Of a stretch of DNA of 64,000 nucleotides, positions 8,841 through 18,816 are shown one piece after another (position 1 is the first letter of the stretch; every line of letters begins with the position of its first letter). The position numbers and the translations under genes are program-made. The stretch is taken from positions 6,649 through 70,648 of the forward strand of contig JAZNXV010000008.1 of NCBI GenBank assembly GCA_045594045.1. Direction: 5' to 3'. The notes beneath the pieces were generated by a model. That model saw only the letters and a program-made list of their open reading frames with translations. It had not been told where the DNA came from and did no database searches. The DNA is from Clostridia bacterium. GTDB taxonomy: Bacteria; Bacillota; Clostridia; Christensenellales; QALW01.

Positions 8841-9845
8841 ATGAAACATAACGTAGGTGTTATCGGTGCCGGCAGAATCGGTAAATTACACGCAGAAAAT
8901 TTAATTAAATCAGTACCCAATGCTCGTGTTACCGCAATAGCAGATCCTTTTTGCGAAAATATTAAGGATTGGGCAGCAGATTTAGGCATTGAAAAGGTTT
9001 ATGCAGATTATCACGATATTTTAGCAGACGAAACCATTGATTCAGTTTTAATTTGCTCTCCCACAAACACACACTCAACAATTACTATTGAAGCCGCAAA
9101 CGCAGGCAAGCACATTTTCTGCGAAAAGCCCATTGATTACGATTTAGGTAAGATTCAGGACGCTTTAGACGCAGTTGAAAAAGCAGGCGTTACTTTCCAG
9201 GTAGGCTTTAACCGTCGTTTTGACCACAACTTCAGAGCGGTTCGCGATTTAGTTGAAGACGGCAAAGTAGGTGACGTTCATATCGTTAAAGTTACTTCCC
9301 GCGACCCCGCACCGCCGTCAATTGATTACGTAAAGGTTTCAGGCGGTCTTTTCCTTGATATGATGATTCACGATTTCGATATGATGCGCTATTTAAGCGG
9401 CAGCGAAGTTGATGAAGTTTTTGCCAGCGGCACAGTTTTAGTTGATAAAGCTATCGGCGAAGCAGGCGATATTGATACTGCAATCGTAACCTTAAAGTTT
9501 AAAAACGGCGCATTAGGCGTTATTGATAACAGCAGAAAAGCCGCTTACGGTTACGACCAGAGAGTTGAAGTGTTCGGCTCAAAGGGTTGCGTTACTGTTG
9601 AAAACGATACAGATAACTCCACAAAGCTCAGCACAGAAGAATCTGTTACAAGCCTTAAACCCAAGTATTTCTTCTTGGAAAGATATAAGGATTCCTTTAT
9701 TGACGAAGTTAAGTGCTTCTTTGCCTCTGTTGATAACGGCACAAAAACAAAAGTTGGCGCAATCGACGGTCTTAACGCAGTTAAGGTTGCTCTTGCTGCA
9801 AAAGAATCTCTTGAAACAGGTAAGCCCGTAAAAATCGAGTATTAA
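8841..9845 (+). CDS. iolG: Inositol 2-dehydrogenase-like Gfo/Idh/MocA oxidoreductase
   Basis: ATG 8841 after AGGAGG; VGVIGAGRIGKLH Rossmann motif; EKP motif (FCEKPI); operon context. Confidence 0.75.
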   Translation: MKHNVGVIGAGRIGKLHAENLIKSVPNARVTAIADPFCENIKDWAADLGIEKVYADYHDILADETIDSVLICSPTNTHSTITIEAANAGKHIFCEKPIDYDLGKIQDALDAVEKAGVTFQVGFNRRFDHNFRAVRDLVEDGKVGDVHIVKVTSRDPAPPSIDYVKVSGGLFLDMMIHDFDMMRYLSGSEVDEVFASGTVLVDKAIGEAGDIDTAIVTLKFKNGALGVIDNSRKAAYGYDQRVEVFGSKGCVTVENDTDNSTKLSTEESVTSLKPKYFFLERYKDSFIDEVKCFFASVDNGTKTKVGAIDGLNAVKVALAAKESLETGKPVKIEY

Positions 9846-9918
9846 TCTTTTGTGCGTATAGTTTGCGCATAACAAATATAACACATAAAAACATACAACA
9901 AAAGGCAGGTGAGCTTAA

Positions 9919-10767
9919 ATGGCTTTGTGTAAAATGAGCGAATTGCTCGAAAATGCCGAAAAACGCAACGTGGCAGTAGGAGCGTTCAGCGTAGGCAATA
10001 TGGAAATGGTGCTTGGAGCTGTTAAAGCCGCGGAAGAAGCGAACACACCCATAATACTTCAGATAGCAGAAGTAAGGCTGAAGCATTCGCCCCTTTTGTT
10101 AATGGGGCCTATGATGGTTTCTGCGGCAAAATATGCAAATGTGGATATTGCAGTGCATCTTGACCACGGCACGTCCTATAATACCATCAGGCACGCAATA
10201 GCATTAGGCTTTACCTCCGTTATGTATGACGGCTCGAAAAATTCGTTGGCAGAAAACATAGAAAACACCAACGAGGTTATAGCGCTGGCAAGAAAATGCA
10301 ACGTCAACGTCGAAGCAGAACTTGGTGTTTTAGGTAAAAACGAAGACGGCACAGGTAGTGCGCAAATGACCTATACCCAGCCCGAAGATGCAAAGCGGTT
10401 CGTGAAAAAAGCGCCTGTTGACGCTCTGGCAGTTGCCATAGGCAACGCTCACGGGCACTATACCCAGGCGCCCAAGCTACGATTCGATATTTTATCGAAG
10501 ATTAAAAACGAAGTAAAAATCCCCCTTGTGCTTCACGGCGGCAGCGGAATTACAGATGATGAATTCCGCAAATGCATTGATTTGGGAGTGCGCAAAATCA
10601 ACATTGCCACAGCAAGCTTTGATGCGCTCACCTTGGGGGCAAAGGAATATTTTGCTCTTGATAGCACCCACAACTTTTTCGGATTAAACGAAAAAATGGT
10701 AGAGGGCGTATTCAACAACGTAAAACGGCACATTCAAATATTTAATAATGGAAGTGATAATAAATGA
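9919..10767 (+). CDS. iolJ: Class II aldolase, 6-phospho-5-dehydro-2-deoxy-D-gluconate aldolase-like
   Basis: Class II FBP-aldolase family features (LDHG, HGGSG); stop overlaps the iolC start (ATGA). Confidence 0.75.
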   Translation: MALCKMSELLENAEKRNVAVGAFSVGNMEMVLGAVKAAEEANTPIILQIAEVRLKHSPLLLMGPMMVSAAKYANVDIAVHLDHGTSYNTIRHAIALGFTSVMYDGSKNSLAENIENTNEVIALARKCNVNVEAELGVLGKNEDGTGSAQMTYTQPEDAKRFVKKAPVDALAVAIGNAHGHYTQAPKLRFDILSKIKNEVKIPLVLHGGSGITDDEFRKCIDLGVRKINIATASFDALTLGAKEYFALDSTHNFFGLNEKMVEGVFNNVKRHIQIFNNGSDNK

Positions 10768-11780
10768 AATACATAGAATTTGATTCAAAAAGGGAATATG
10801 ATTTAGTCCTTTTAGGAAGAATTGCTATTGATTTTAATCCTATTGATTACTTTAAAACCTTAGAGGAAAGCACAACTTTCCGTAAATACCTTGGAGGCTC
10901 ACCTGCAAACATTGCAGTAGGCCTTTCGCGCCTTAATAAAAGGCTTAGCTTTTTTGCGCGTGTTTCCGATGACCGCTTCGGTGATTTTGTAACCAATTAC
11001 TTTAAAAATTGCGGTATTGATACAAGCAATATTCACCGTTGCACAAACGGCGAAAAGTTAGGCCTTACATTTACTGAAATTTTAAGTGAGCACGAAAGCA
11101 GTATTTTAATGTACCGCAACTGTATTGCTGACCTTCAGCTTTGTGTTGACGATATTGACGAAAACTACATTAAAAATACTAAGGCTATTTTGATTTCGGG
11201 CACTTCTCTTGCAGAAAGTCCTTCACGCGAAGCAGCCCTTAAAGCTCTTGCCCTTGCAAAGAAAAACAACACACCCGTTATTTTTGATATCGACTATAGA
11301 GAATATAACTGGAAGAATAAAGATGAAATTGCCATCTATTATTCTGCAGTTGCAAGACAGAGCGACGTAATTTTAGGCTCTCGCGAAGAATACAGTTTAA
11401 CCGAGAAATTTATCGGCCTTGACGGCAGCGACGAGCAAAGCGCGTCATTCTGGCATTCGTGCGGTGCAAAAATCGTTGTAATAAAGCACGGCAAGCAAGG
11501 CTCAACAGCTTATACAAATGATGGCAAAAAGTTTGTTATTAAGCCTTTCCCCGTAAAAGCATTAAAATCTTTCGGCGGTGGCGACGGCTATGCGGCAACC
11601 TTTATTTACGGCTTGTTAGAGGGCTGGGATATTCAGGATTGCTTAGAATACGGCTCAGCGGCGGCATCAATGCTTGTTGCAAGCCATTCCTGCGCAGACG
11701 ATATGCCTACCCTTGAAAAGATTCAGGCTTTCATTAAGGAAAGCAAAGAAAAATACGGCGAAATGGTTGCAAGGGGGTAG
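10764..11780 (+). CDS. iolC: 5-dehydro-2-deoxygluconokinase (PfkB family)
   Basis: PfkB kinase features ([16 protein letters not shown]); iol operon context. Confidence 0.8.
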   Translation: MKYIEFDSKREYDLVLLGRIAIDFNPIDYFKTLEESTTFRKYLGGSPANIAVGLSRLNKRLSFFARVSDDRFGDFVTNYFKNCGIDTSNIHRCTNGEKLGLTFTEILSEHESSILMYRNCIADLQLCVDDIDENYIKNTKAILISGTSLAESPSREAALKALALAKKNNTPVIFDIDYREYNWKNKDEIAIYYSAVARQSDVILGSREEYSLTEKFIGLDGSDEQSASFWHSCGAKIVVIKHGKQGSTAYTNDGKKFVIKPFPVKALKSFGGGDGYAATFIYGLLEGWDIQDCLEYGSAAASMLVASHSCADDMPTLEKIQAFIKESKEKYGEMVARG

Positions 11781-11785
11781 AAAAA

Positions 11786-13714
11786 ATGGCTGAAATAAGA
11801 ATGACTATGGCTCAGGCGTTAGTTCGCTTTCTTGACAATCAATACGTTTCCGTTGACGGAAAAGAAATTAAATTTGTTGAAGGTATTACTACTGTTTTCG
11901 GGCACGGAATAGTTTGCGGTCTTGGTCAGGCTTTGGACGAAAACCCCGGTGATTTAAAGGTTTTCCAAGGCAAAAACGAGCAAGGTATGGCACACATGGC
12001 GGCGGCATACGGCAAGCAGAATAACAGACACAAAATTATTGCCTGCGCATCTTCTATCGGTCCCGGCGCGGCAAATATGGTAACTGCGGCGGCTTGCGCA
12101 ACGGCAAACGCACTTCCCTTATTGCTTTTCCCCGGCGACACCTTTGCATCTCGCCAGCCCGACCCTGTTTTGCAACAGGTAGAGCATACTAATGCAATTT
12201 CAACGACTACAAACGATGCTTTCCGCGCCGTTTGCAAATTCTGGGATAGAGTTTCGCGCCCCGAACAGTTAATGTCTGCAATGATCAACGCAATGCGCGT
12301 GTTGACAGACCCTGCCGAATGCGGTGCAGTTTGTATTGCGCTTCCTCAGGACGTTGAAGGCGAAAGTTACGATTATCCCGAAAGCTTCTTTAAAAAGCGC
12401 GTACACAAAATTATAAGAACAATTCCCACCGTTGAAGAATTAAAGGAAGCTGTAGACGCAATTTTAAATGCTAAAAAGCCTCTTATAATCTGCGGCGGCG
12501 GCGTTCGCTATTCAGAAGCAGGCGAAGCTTTGGAAAAATTCTGCCAAGAATTCAATATACCTTTTGCTGAAACACAAGCAGGCAAAAGCGCTTGTCTTTC
12601 TTCAAATCCCTATTGCCTTGGCGGTGTTGGCGTAACGGGTAACAGCGCCGCAAACACCATTTTAGCAGATGCTGATTTGGTGCTTGCAGTTGGTTCCCGC
12701 TTAACTGACTTTACTACGGCTTCAAAATCGTTGCTCGGCAACCCCGACGTTAAGGTAGTAACCGTTAACGTTTCCCGTTTCCACGCAATGAAGCTCGATA
12801 GTATTGCCGTTGTGGGCGATGCCAAGGTAACAATTCAGACGCTTGGCAATATTTTAAGAGAAAAAGCTTACAAGACTGCTTATACTACAGAAATTTCTGC
12901 CGCAAGGGCAGGCTGGGAGCAGGAAATGGCTCGTCTTGCCGCACATTCCTGCGACGAACAAATGAATCCTTTGATTTCTGCCCGTTACGCGAGCAGTATG
13001 GACGATTTTGCGCTTTTGACGGGCAGTAAGTTAAGCCAGGTTGCCGCAATTTGCAAAATCAGAGAAACTATTGACGAAGATGCTATTATTATCGGCGCTT
13101 CTGGTAGCTTGCCGGGAGATTTACAAAGAATGTGGACAACGGACACTCGCGATGCATACCACATGGAATACGGTTATTCCTGTATGGGTTACGAAATAGC
13201 AGGCGCATTAGGCATTAAAATGGCTGAGCCAACCCGCGAAGTTTATTCAATGGTGGGCGACGGAAGCTTTTTAATGCTTCATTCCGAGCTTGTTACAGCT
13301 TTGCAGGAAAACAAAAAAATCAACGTTATGCTTTTTGATAACGGCGGTTTCGGTTGTATCAACAATCTTCAAATGTCAAACGGAATAGGCAACCTTGCTA
13401 CAGAGTTCCGTTCAAGAAACGAGCAAGGCGAGCTTTTAGGCGATTTTATCAGCATTGATTTTGCCCGTGTTGCTGAAGGCTATGGTTGTAAGGCATACAG
13501 AATAACTAATTTAAAGGAATTGGAAGAAGCAATAATAGATGCTAAAAAAGAAACTCGCAGTGTGCTTTTTGATATTAAGGTTCTTCCTAAAACAATGACT
13601 GACGGTTACGGTTCTTGGTGGCACGTGGGAATTGCGTCCACTTCACAAAAGGCTTCTGTAAACGAGGCTTACGAAAGCAAAGAAGAAAACCGTAAAAAAG
13701 CACGTCGTTATTAA
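11786..13714 (+). CDS. iolD: 3D-(3,5/4)-trihydroxycyclohexane-1,2-dione acylhydrolase (ThDP-dependent)
   Basis: 642 aa; N-terminus [35 protein letters not shown] closely resembles IolD; ThDP motif GDGSF..N. Confidence 0.9.
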   Translation: MAEIRMTMAQALVRFLDNQYVSVDGKEIKFVEGITTVFGHGIVCGLGQALDENPGDLKVFQGKNEQGMAHMAAAYGKQNNRHKIIACASSIGPGAANMVTAAACATANALPLLLFPGDTFASRQPDPVLQQVEHTNAISTTTNDAFRAVCKFWDRVSRPEQLMSAMINAMRVLTDPAECGAVCIALPQDVEGESYDYPESFFKKRVHKIIRTIPTVEELKEAVDAILNAKKPLIICGGGVRYSEAGEALEKFCQEFNIPFAETQAGKSACLSSNPYCLGGVGVTGNSAANTILADADLVLAVGSRLTDFTTASKSLLGNPDVKVVTVNVSRFHAMKLDSIAVVGDAKVTIQTLGNILREKAYKTAYTTEISAARAGWEQEMARLAAHSCDEQMNPLISARYASSMDDFALLTGSKLSQVAAICKIRETIDEDAIIIGASGSLPGDLQRMWTTDTRDAYHMEYGYSCMGYEIAGALGIKMAEPTREVYSMVGDGSFLMLHSELVTALQENKKINVMLFDNGGFGCINNLQMSNGIGNLATEFRSRNEQGELLGDFISIDFARVAEGYGCKAYRITNLKELEEAIIDAKKETRSVLFDIKVLPKTMTDGYGSWWHVGIASTSQKASVNEAYESKEENRKKARRY

Positions 13715-13726
13715 GGGGGACTAAAA

Positions 13727-14500
13727 ATGGAAAAAATGTTCGGATACCCCGAGTTTTCAATGTCGGGGGAGAGAGTTTTAACATCAACAAAGGGCGAATG
13801 TGCCAATATGATGATGGATATTTCCGTACTTGATTTAAAATGCGGAGATAAAAAGACGTTTTGCCTTGAAAACAGCGAGCTTGCGATACTTCTTATAAAG
13901 GGAAGCATCAGCTATTCCTGGCAAGGAAAAACAGAAAAGGCAGAACGTAAGGATTGCTTTGACGAAGGCGGTTATTGCCTTCACATTTGCAAAAACGTTA
14001 GCGTTACAATCGAAGCCCAGGCTGACAGCGAAGTTTTATTGCAATCGGCTGAAAACGATAAAACATTTGAACCTGTTTTCTATACACCCACAACCTGCAG
14101 AGATGATATTTTCGGCTTAGGCGAGCTTGGCGGCAACGTAGTAAGAACGGTACGCACTTATTTTGATTACGATAATGCGCCTTATTCCAATATGGTGCTT
14201 GGCGAAGTAATTTCAGGCTCTGGCGGCTGGACCAGCTATTTGCCCCACAGCCACACACAGCCCGAGGTATATTACTATCACTTTGACCACCCCAACGGCT
14301 TTGGTGCTTGCTTTATAGGTGAAGACGTGTTTAAGGTAACTGACGGTAGCTTCTGCGCTATTCCCGGTGATAAAATGCATCCTCAGGCAACGGCACCCGG
14401 ATACAGAATGTACTACGTTTGGATGATTCGTCATCTTGAAAACAACCCGTGGACTGACCGTATCTTCGACCCCAAGCATACGTGGTTATTAAATAAATAA
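13727..14500 (+). CDS. iolB: 5-deoxy-glucuronate isomerase (cupin)
   Basis: 257 aa, cupin-type His motif (YLPHSH), located between iolD and iolA. Confidence 0.8.
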   Translation: MEKMFGYPEFSMSGERVLTSTKGECANMMMDISVLDLKCGDKKTFCLENSELAILLIKGSISYSWQGKTEKAERKDCFDEGGYCLHICKNVSVTIEAQADSEVLLQSAENDKTFEPVFYTPTTCRDDIFGLGELGGNVVRTVRTYFDYDNAPYSNMVLGEVISGSGGWTSYLPHSHTQPEVYYYHFDHPNGFGACFIGEDVFKVTDGSFCAIPGDKMHPQATAPGYRMYYVWMIRHLENNPWTDRIFDPKHTWLLNK

Positions 14501-14535
14501 CAGTATTCAATATTCATTTTAAGGAGAATAACAAA

Positions 14536-16047
14536 ATGGCAGATATTAAAAAATTACCGCTTTTTATTAACGGTGAATACGTTGAATCAAAAACAGAAAA
14601 ATATACCGATGCTCTTGACCCAAGCACAGGCGAGGTTGTTGCAAAGGTTCCTTGCTGTACCGTAGATGAGGTAGAAGATGCTATTGCCGCCGCAAAGGCA
14701 GCCTTCCCCGCGTGGTCAGCAACTCCCGTAATTAAGAGAGTACAAATTCTTTACAAGGTACGCGATCTTTTAATCGAGCATATGGACGAGCTTACCGAGC
14801 TCGTTGCAAGAGAAAACGGCAAGGCTTGGGCAGACGCTAAAGGTGACGTATTAAAGGCAAAGGAAGGTACGGAGCAGGCAATTTCCGCGCCGTCGCTTAT
14901 GATGGGCGAAAGCCTTATGGACGCTTCCACAGGCTATGATACCGTTCTTTATCGTGAACCCTTGGGCGTTTTTGCAGGTATCGTTCCCTTTAACTTCCCC
15001 GCTATGATTCCTATGGGCTGGATGACTCCTATGTGTATCGCTTGCGGAAATACAATCGTTTTAAAAGCGGCAAGCTTCACATCCAGAACAGCTCTTCGTA
15101 TTGCAGAGTTATATAAGGAAGCAGGTCTTCCCGACGGTGTTATCAACATCGTAACATGCTCAAGAAACGAAGCAGAAATTTTCTTAAGACACCCTGACAT
15201 TAAGGGCATTACCTTCGTAGGCTCAACGTCCGTCGGTCTTCACATTTATGCAGAAGGCGCTAAAAACGGCAAGCGCGTGCAGGCTCTTTGCGAAGCTAAA
15301 AACCACGCTTTAGTTCTTAACGACGCGGCTATCGACAGAACTGCCGCAGGTATTATTAACTCCGCATTCGGCTGTGCAGGCGAAAGATGTATGGCTCTTC
15401 CCGTAGTTGTTGCTCAGGAAGAAATTGCAGATAAGCTTGTTGCAAAGATTGCAGAACTTGCTAAAGGTCTTAAAATCGGTCCTGCCTACGATAAGGAAAC
15501 AAAGCTTGGCCCCGTTGTAAACCATGCTCACAAGCAATCGGTTATCAACTGGATAAACAAGGGCATCGAAGAAGGCGCAACGCTCGTTTTGGACGGTCGT
15601 AACGTTAAGGTTGAAGGCTACGAAAACGGTTGCTACGTTGGTCCTACAATTCTTGATAACGTTACGGAAGATATGACTGTAGGTACTCAGGAAATCTTTG
15701 GTCCCGTGCTTTGTATTAAGCGCGTTAAAACCTTTGAAGAGGGGCTTCGTATTATGAACGCAAATCCCTTTGCAAACGGAAGCGTTATCTATACTCAAAG
15801 CGGTTATTATGCCCGTGAATTTGCCCGTCACACCGATGGCGGTATGGTAGGCGTAAACGTTGGTATTCCCGTACCCGTTGGAATGTTCCCCTTCTCAGGT
15901 CACAAAAACTCCTTTATCGGCGACCTGCATTGCTTAGGTAAGGACGGCTACCGCTTCTACACCGAAACCAAGGTTGTTACACAGCATTGGTTTGACGAAG
16001 AAGAAGCAAAGAAAACCGAAACTTCTTCCTGGGACGGAACAATTTAA
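14536..16047 (+). CDS. iolA: CoA-acylating (methyl)malonate-semialdehyde dehydrogenase
   Basis: 503-aa aldehyde dehydrogenase; catalytic GERC; C-terminal FPFSGHKNSFIGDLH typical of MmsA/IolA. Confidence 0.85.
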   Translation: MADIKKLPLFINGEYVESKTEKYTDALDPSTGEVVAKVPCCTVDEVEDAIAAAKAAFPAWSATPVIKRVQILYKVRDLLIEHMDELTELVARENGKAWADAKGDVLKAKEGTEQAISAPSLMMGESLMDASTGYDTVLYREPLGVFAGIVPFNFPAMIPMGWMTPMCIACGNTIVLKAASFTSRTALRIAELYKEAGLPDGVINIVTCSRNEAEIFLRHPDIKGITFVGSTSVGLHIYAEGAKNGKRVQALCEAKNHALVLNDAAIDRTAAGIINSAFGCAGERCMALPVVVAQEEIADKLVAKIAELAKGLKIGPAYDKETKLGPVVNHAHKQSVINWINKGIEEGATLVLDGRNVKVEGYENGCYVGPTILDNVTEDMTVGTQEIFGPVLCIKRVKTFEEGLRIMNANPFANGSVIYTQSGYYAREFARHTDGGMVGVNVGIPVPVGMFPFSGHKNSFIGDLHCLGKDGYRFYTETKVVTQHWFDEEEAKKTETSSWDGTI

Positions 16048-16082
16048 ACAGTTACAAAAAAACGGTAAAATCATAAACAAAA

Positions 16083-16114
16083 AAGCGCTCCTTAAAAAAA
16101 GGAACGCTTTTTCT
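16083..16114 (+). terminator. Rho-independent terminator ending the iol operon
   Basis: AAGCGCTCC..GGAACGCTT hairpin followed by a T-run. Confidence 0.65.
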
Positions 16115-16142
16115 TGCGTAATTTATATTGCAATGTTATAAT
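16114..16142 (+). promoter_or_regulatory. Sigma-A type promoter
   Basis: TTGCGT, 17-nt spacer, TATAAT, with TGT extended -10. Confidence 0.55.
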
Positions 16143-16199
16143 ATTTTTGCGGGAATGCGTCGGACGTGTTCCGCTTAAAATGCTATTAAGGAGATAATT

Positions 16200-17111
16200 A
16201 TGTGCAATAAAAAAATCAGTAATTCTCTGCAGGTAGGCTATGTAAGGAGATATGTTTTAACCGACGGTAAGGAAAACGGGTTAAAGGTTGTTGAAATGGA
16301 TAACGGAGTTTTGCGCGTGCTTTTAAACGAGAGCAAGGCTCTTGACGTAATGCAGGTTTTTTATAAGGGCGTAAATATGAGCTTTGTTTCTAAAAACGGT
16401 TTTCAAACTCGCGAGCTTCCCTTTTTAAAACGCTTCGAAGGCGGTATGATATATACCTGTGGTCTGGATTCTGTGGGCGACAGAGAAGGTTTTGAGCCTC
16501 ACGGCAGTTTTCATTCTACACCTGCCAAGGTTGTAGAAGTTTCCCAAAGTGAAGATAAGTTGCTTGTAAGGGCAATAACAGAAATAACTTCTCTTGGCGG
16601 TGAAAATTTGTATTTTGAGCGCACAGTGACTCTTTGCACGGGAACAGGCGTGTTGAACATTAACGATAAACTCATAAATAACGGCACAAAGCAGGAAGAT
16701 TATTGCTTGCTTTACCACATAAATATAGGGTATCCTATGCTTGATGAGGGCGTTGAAATCAAGGGTGATTTTAAAGAGATTATACCGAGGACGGAATACT
16801 CAAAAACAAAAATTGATAACAGAGCTGTTTTTGAAGCACCTGTAGATAATGCTGATGAAAGCTGTTACTTTATATTAAATAACGGAAACTGCGTTTCGGT
16901 AACAAACAAAAAAATAGGAAAGAAGCTTACCGTAACGTATTCAAAAGAAACGTTACCGCATCTGGTTCAGTGGAACAATCCCGTAACCCAAGCTTATGCT
17001 TTGGGCATTGAACCTGCCACAACGTTTTTAGACGACAAGTTTGCGTATAGGCAAATTAACAAGGGCGAAGCAATAGATTTCTTTGTGCAATTAAATTTTG
17101 AAGAGGTTTAA
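16200..17111 (+). CDS. Aldose 1-epimerase-like protein (DUF4432 type)
   Basis: 303 aa, AAGGAG RBS; galactose-mutarotase-like signatures (HG, YHINIGYP). Confidence 0.6.
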   Translation: MCNKKISNSLQVGYVRRYVLTDGKENGLKVVEMDNGVLRVLLNESKALDVMQVFYKGVNMSFVSKNGFQTRELPFLKRFEGGMIYTCGLDSVGDREGFEPHGSFHSTPAKVVEVSQSEDKLLVRAITEITSLGGENLYFERTVTLCTGTGVLNINDKLINNGTKQEDYCLLYHINIGYPMLDEGVEIKGDFKEIIPRTEYSKTKIDNRAVFEAPVDNADESCYFILNNGNCVSVTNKKIGKKLTVTYSKETLPHLVQWNNPVTQAYALGIEPATTFLDDKFAYRQINKGEAIDFFVQLNFEEV

Positions 17112-17186
17112 TTCTTACAGGAGTTTTTATTTGCAACCGAGGTATTTTAATTAAAAAAGTTTACATAATTTTTTAGATTTGTTCTA

Positions 17187-17215
17187 TTGCAATACACATA
17201 ATTAAATGATATAAT
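17187..17215 (+). promoter_or_regulatory. Sigma-A type promoter of the GH1 gene
   Basis: TTGCAA, 17-nt spacer, TATAAT, with TGA extended -10. Confidence 0.6.
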
Positions 17216-17257
17216 AATCGAAAATAAAAACAATTAAACATCAAAGGAAGGTTTTTT

Positions 17258-18607
17258 ATGGAAAAAGATTTTGTTTGGGGCGTTGCCACTGCGGCAATAC
17301 AGATTGAAGGCGGTCTTTACGAAGGCGGCAAGGGCGAGTCTATCTGGGACGTTTTAGCTCATACTCCCGGTAGAATTCGTTATAACGAAAATGCTGACGT
17401 TTCCTGCGACCACTACCACCACTATAAAGAAGACGTTAAGCTTATGGGCGAGCTTGGCGTTGATGCATACAGATTTTCTATTGCATGGCCGAGAATTTTT
17501 ACTAACGGCTTTGGCGAGCCTAACGAAGAAGGCTTGCAGTTTTATTCTGATTTGGTTGACGAGCTTTTAAAATACAACATTACCCCTTACGTAACGCTTT
17601 TCCATTGGGATTTGCCCCTGGAGGTGTTCAGAAAGGGCGGCTGGCTTAACGATGAAATAGTTGAGTGGTTTGCAAATTACACCAGAGTAGTTGCCGAAAG
17701 GTTAGGCGACAGAGTTAAGAACTTTATTACCTTTAACGAGCCACAATGCATAATTGGCGGTATGGACGGCTGGGGTCACGCACCTGCAGTAAGATATTCT
17801 ACCAAAGATAAATTATTGGCAGTACATAACATTTTAAAATCACACGGCAGAGCCGTTCAGGTTTTAAGAGAAACCGTTAAGGACGTTAAGGTCGGCTACG
17901 CGCCCTGCGCAAACCCCTTCTTCCCCAAGGACGACTCTCCCGAGCAGCTTGAGCTTGCAAGAAAAGCGTATTTCTCGCTTCACCTGATGAGCAATTTCTA
18001 TAACGTTATTCTTTACAGCGACCCCATATTCTTCGGCGATTATCCCAAGGAATATTACGAGATGTTCAAAGGCGATATTCCCAACATCACCAAGGAAGAT
18101 TTAGAGCTTATTTCACAGCCTCTTGATTTTTACGGTCAGAACATTTATTGGGGCGGCTCAGTTTCTCCTTGCGATAACGAAGCAGGCTTTAAAGAGGATC
18201 CGCTTTATCAGGGATATCCCAGAACTACTATGGGTCAGCCTGTAATGCCTCAGGTAATTTATTGGGGAGCTCGCTTCTTGTACGAAAGATATAAAACTCC
18301 CATTATCATTACTGAAAACGGCGCTGCCTGTATGGACTGGGTACACCTTGACGGTAAGGTTCACGACCCCCAGAGAATTGACTATATTAAGAGATACACC
18401 AACGAGCTTTTGCGCGCTAAGGACGAAGGAATAGACGTTCGCGGATACTTTAACTGGAGTTTTATTGATAACTTTGAATGGGATAACGGCTACGACCCCC
18501 GCCTTGGCTTAGTTTACGTTGACTACAGAACTCAGGAAAGAATACCTAAGGACTCCTTCTATTTCTACCGTGATTTAATTAAGGATTATAAGGAAAAAAA
18601 TAAGTAA
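17258..18607 (+). CDS. GH1 beta-glucosidase
   Basis: 449 aa; acid/base TFNEP and nucleophile ITENG motifs; NFEW..GY motif suggests a non-phospho beta-glucosidase. Confidence 0.9.
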   Translation: MEKDFVWGVATAAIQIEGGLYEGGKGESIWDVLAHTPGRIRYNENADVSCDHYHHYKEDVKLMGELGVDAYRFSIAWPRIFTNGFGEPNEEGLQFYSDLVDELLKYNITPYVTLFHWDLPLEVFRKGGWLNDEIVEWFANYTRVVAERLGDRVKNFITFNEPQCIIGGMDGWGHAPAVRYSTKDKLLAVHNILKSHGRAVQVLRETVKDVKVGYAPCANPFFPKDDSPEQLELARKAYFSLHLMSNFYNVILYSDPIFFGDYPKEYYEMFKGDIPNITKEDLELISQPLDFYGQNIYWGGSVSPCDNEAGFKEDPLYQGYPRTTMGQPVMPQVIYWGARFLYERYKTPIIITENGAACMDWVHLDGKVHDPQRIDYIKRYTNELLRAKDEGIDVRGYFNWSFIDNFEWDNGYDPRLGLVYVDYRTQERIPKDSFYFYRDLIKDYKEKNK

Positions 18608-18619
18608 ATATACTGTTAA

Positions 18620-18660
18620 AAACAAAGGTGACGGATTTTGCCCGTTGCCTTTGTTTTTTG
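18620..18660 (+). terminator. Rho-independent terminator
   Basis: CAAAGGTGACGG..CCGTTGCCTTTG hairpin followed by TTTTTT. Confidence 0.65.
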
Positions 18661-18703
18661 TTTGTTTTAATCAGAAAATTTACAATTTCCGCGCCAACTT
18701 TGG

Positions 18704-18732
18704 TTGACAAAGTATAGTAAAACAGATATACT
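18704..18732 (+). promoter_or_regulatory. Sigma-A type promoter
   Basis: TTGACA, 17-nt spacer, TATACT. Confidence 0.6.
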
Positions 18733-18816
18733 AAAATTGTAACAAGCTACTTACTTTTTCGGCAAAAGCGCGGGCATTTGCTGAAACCATTTTAAAGAGA
18801 TTGCGGAGAAAAACAA

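Noticed and set aside
15310-15831. 173-aa minus-strand ORF
   Set aside because: It lies entirely antisense within iolA, has no RBS and its composition is low-complexity. It is a typical shadow ORF.
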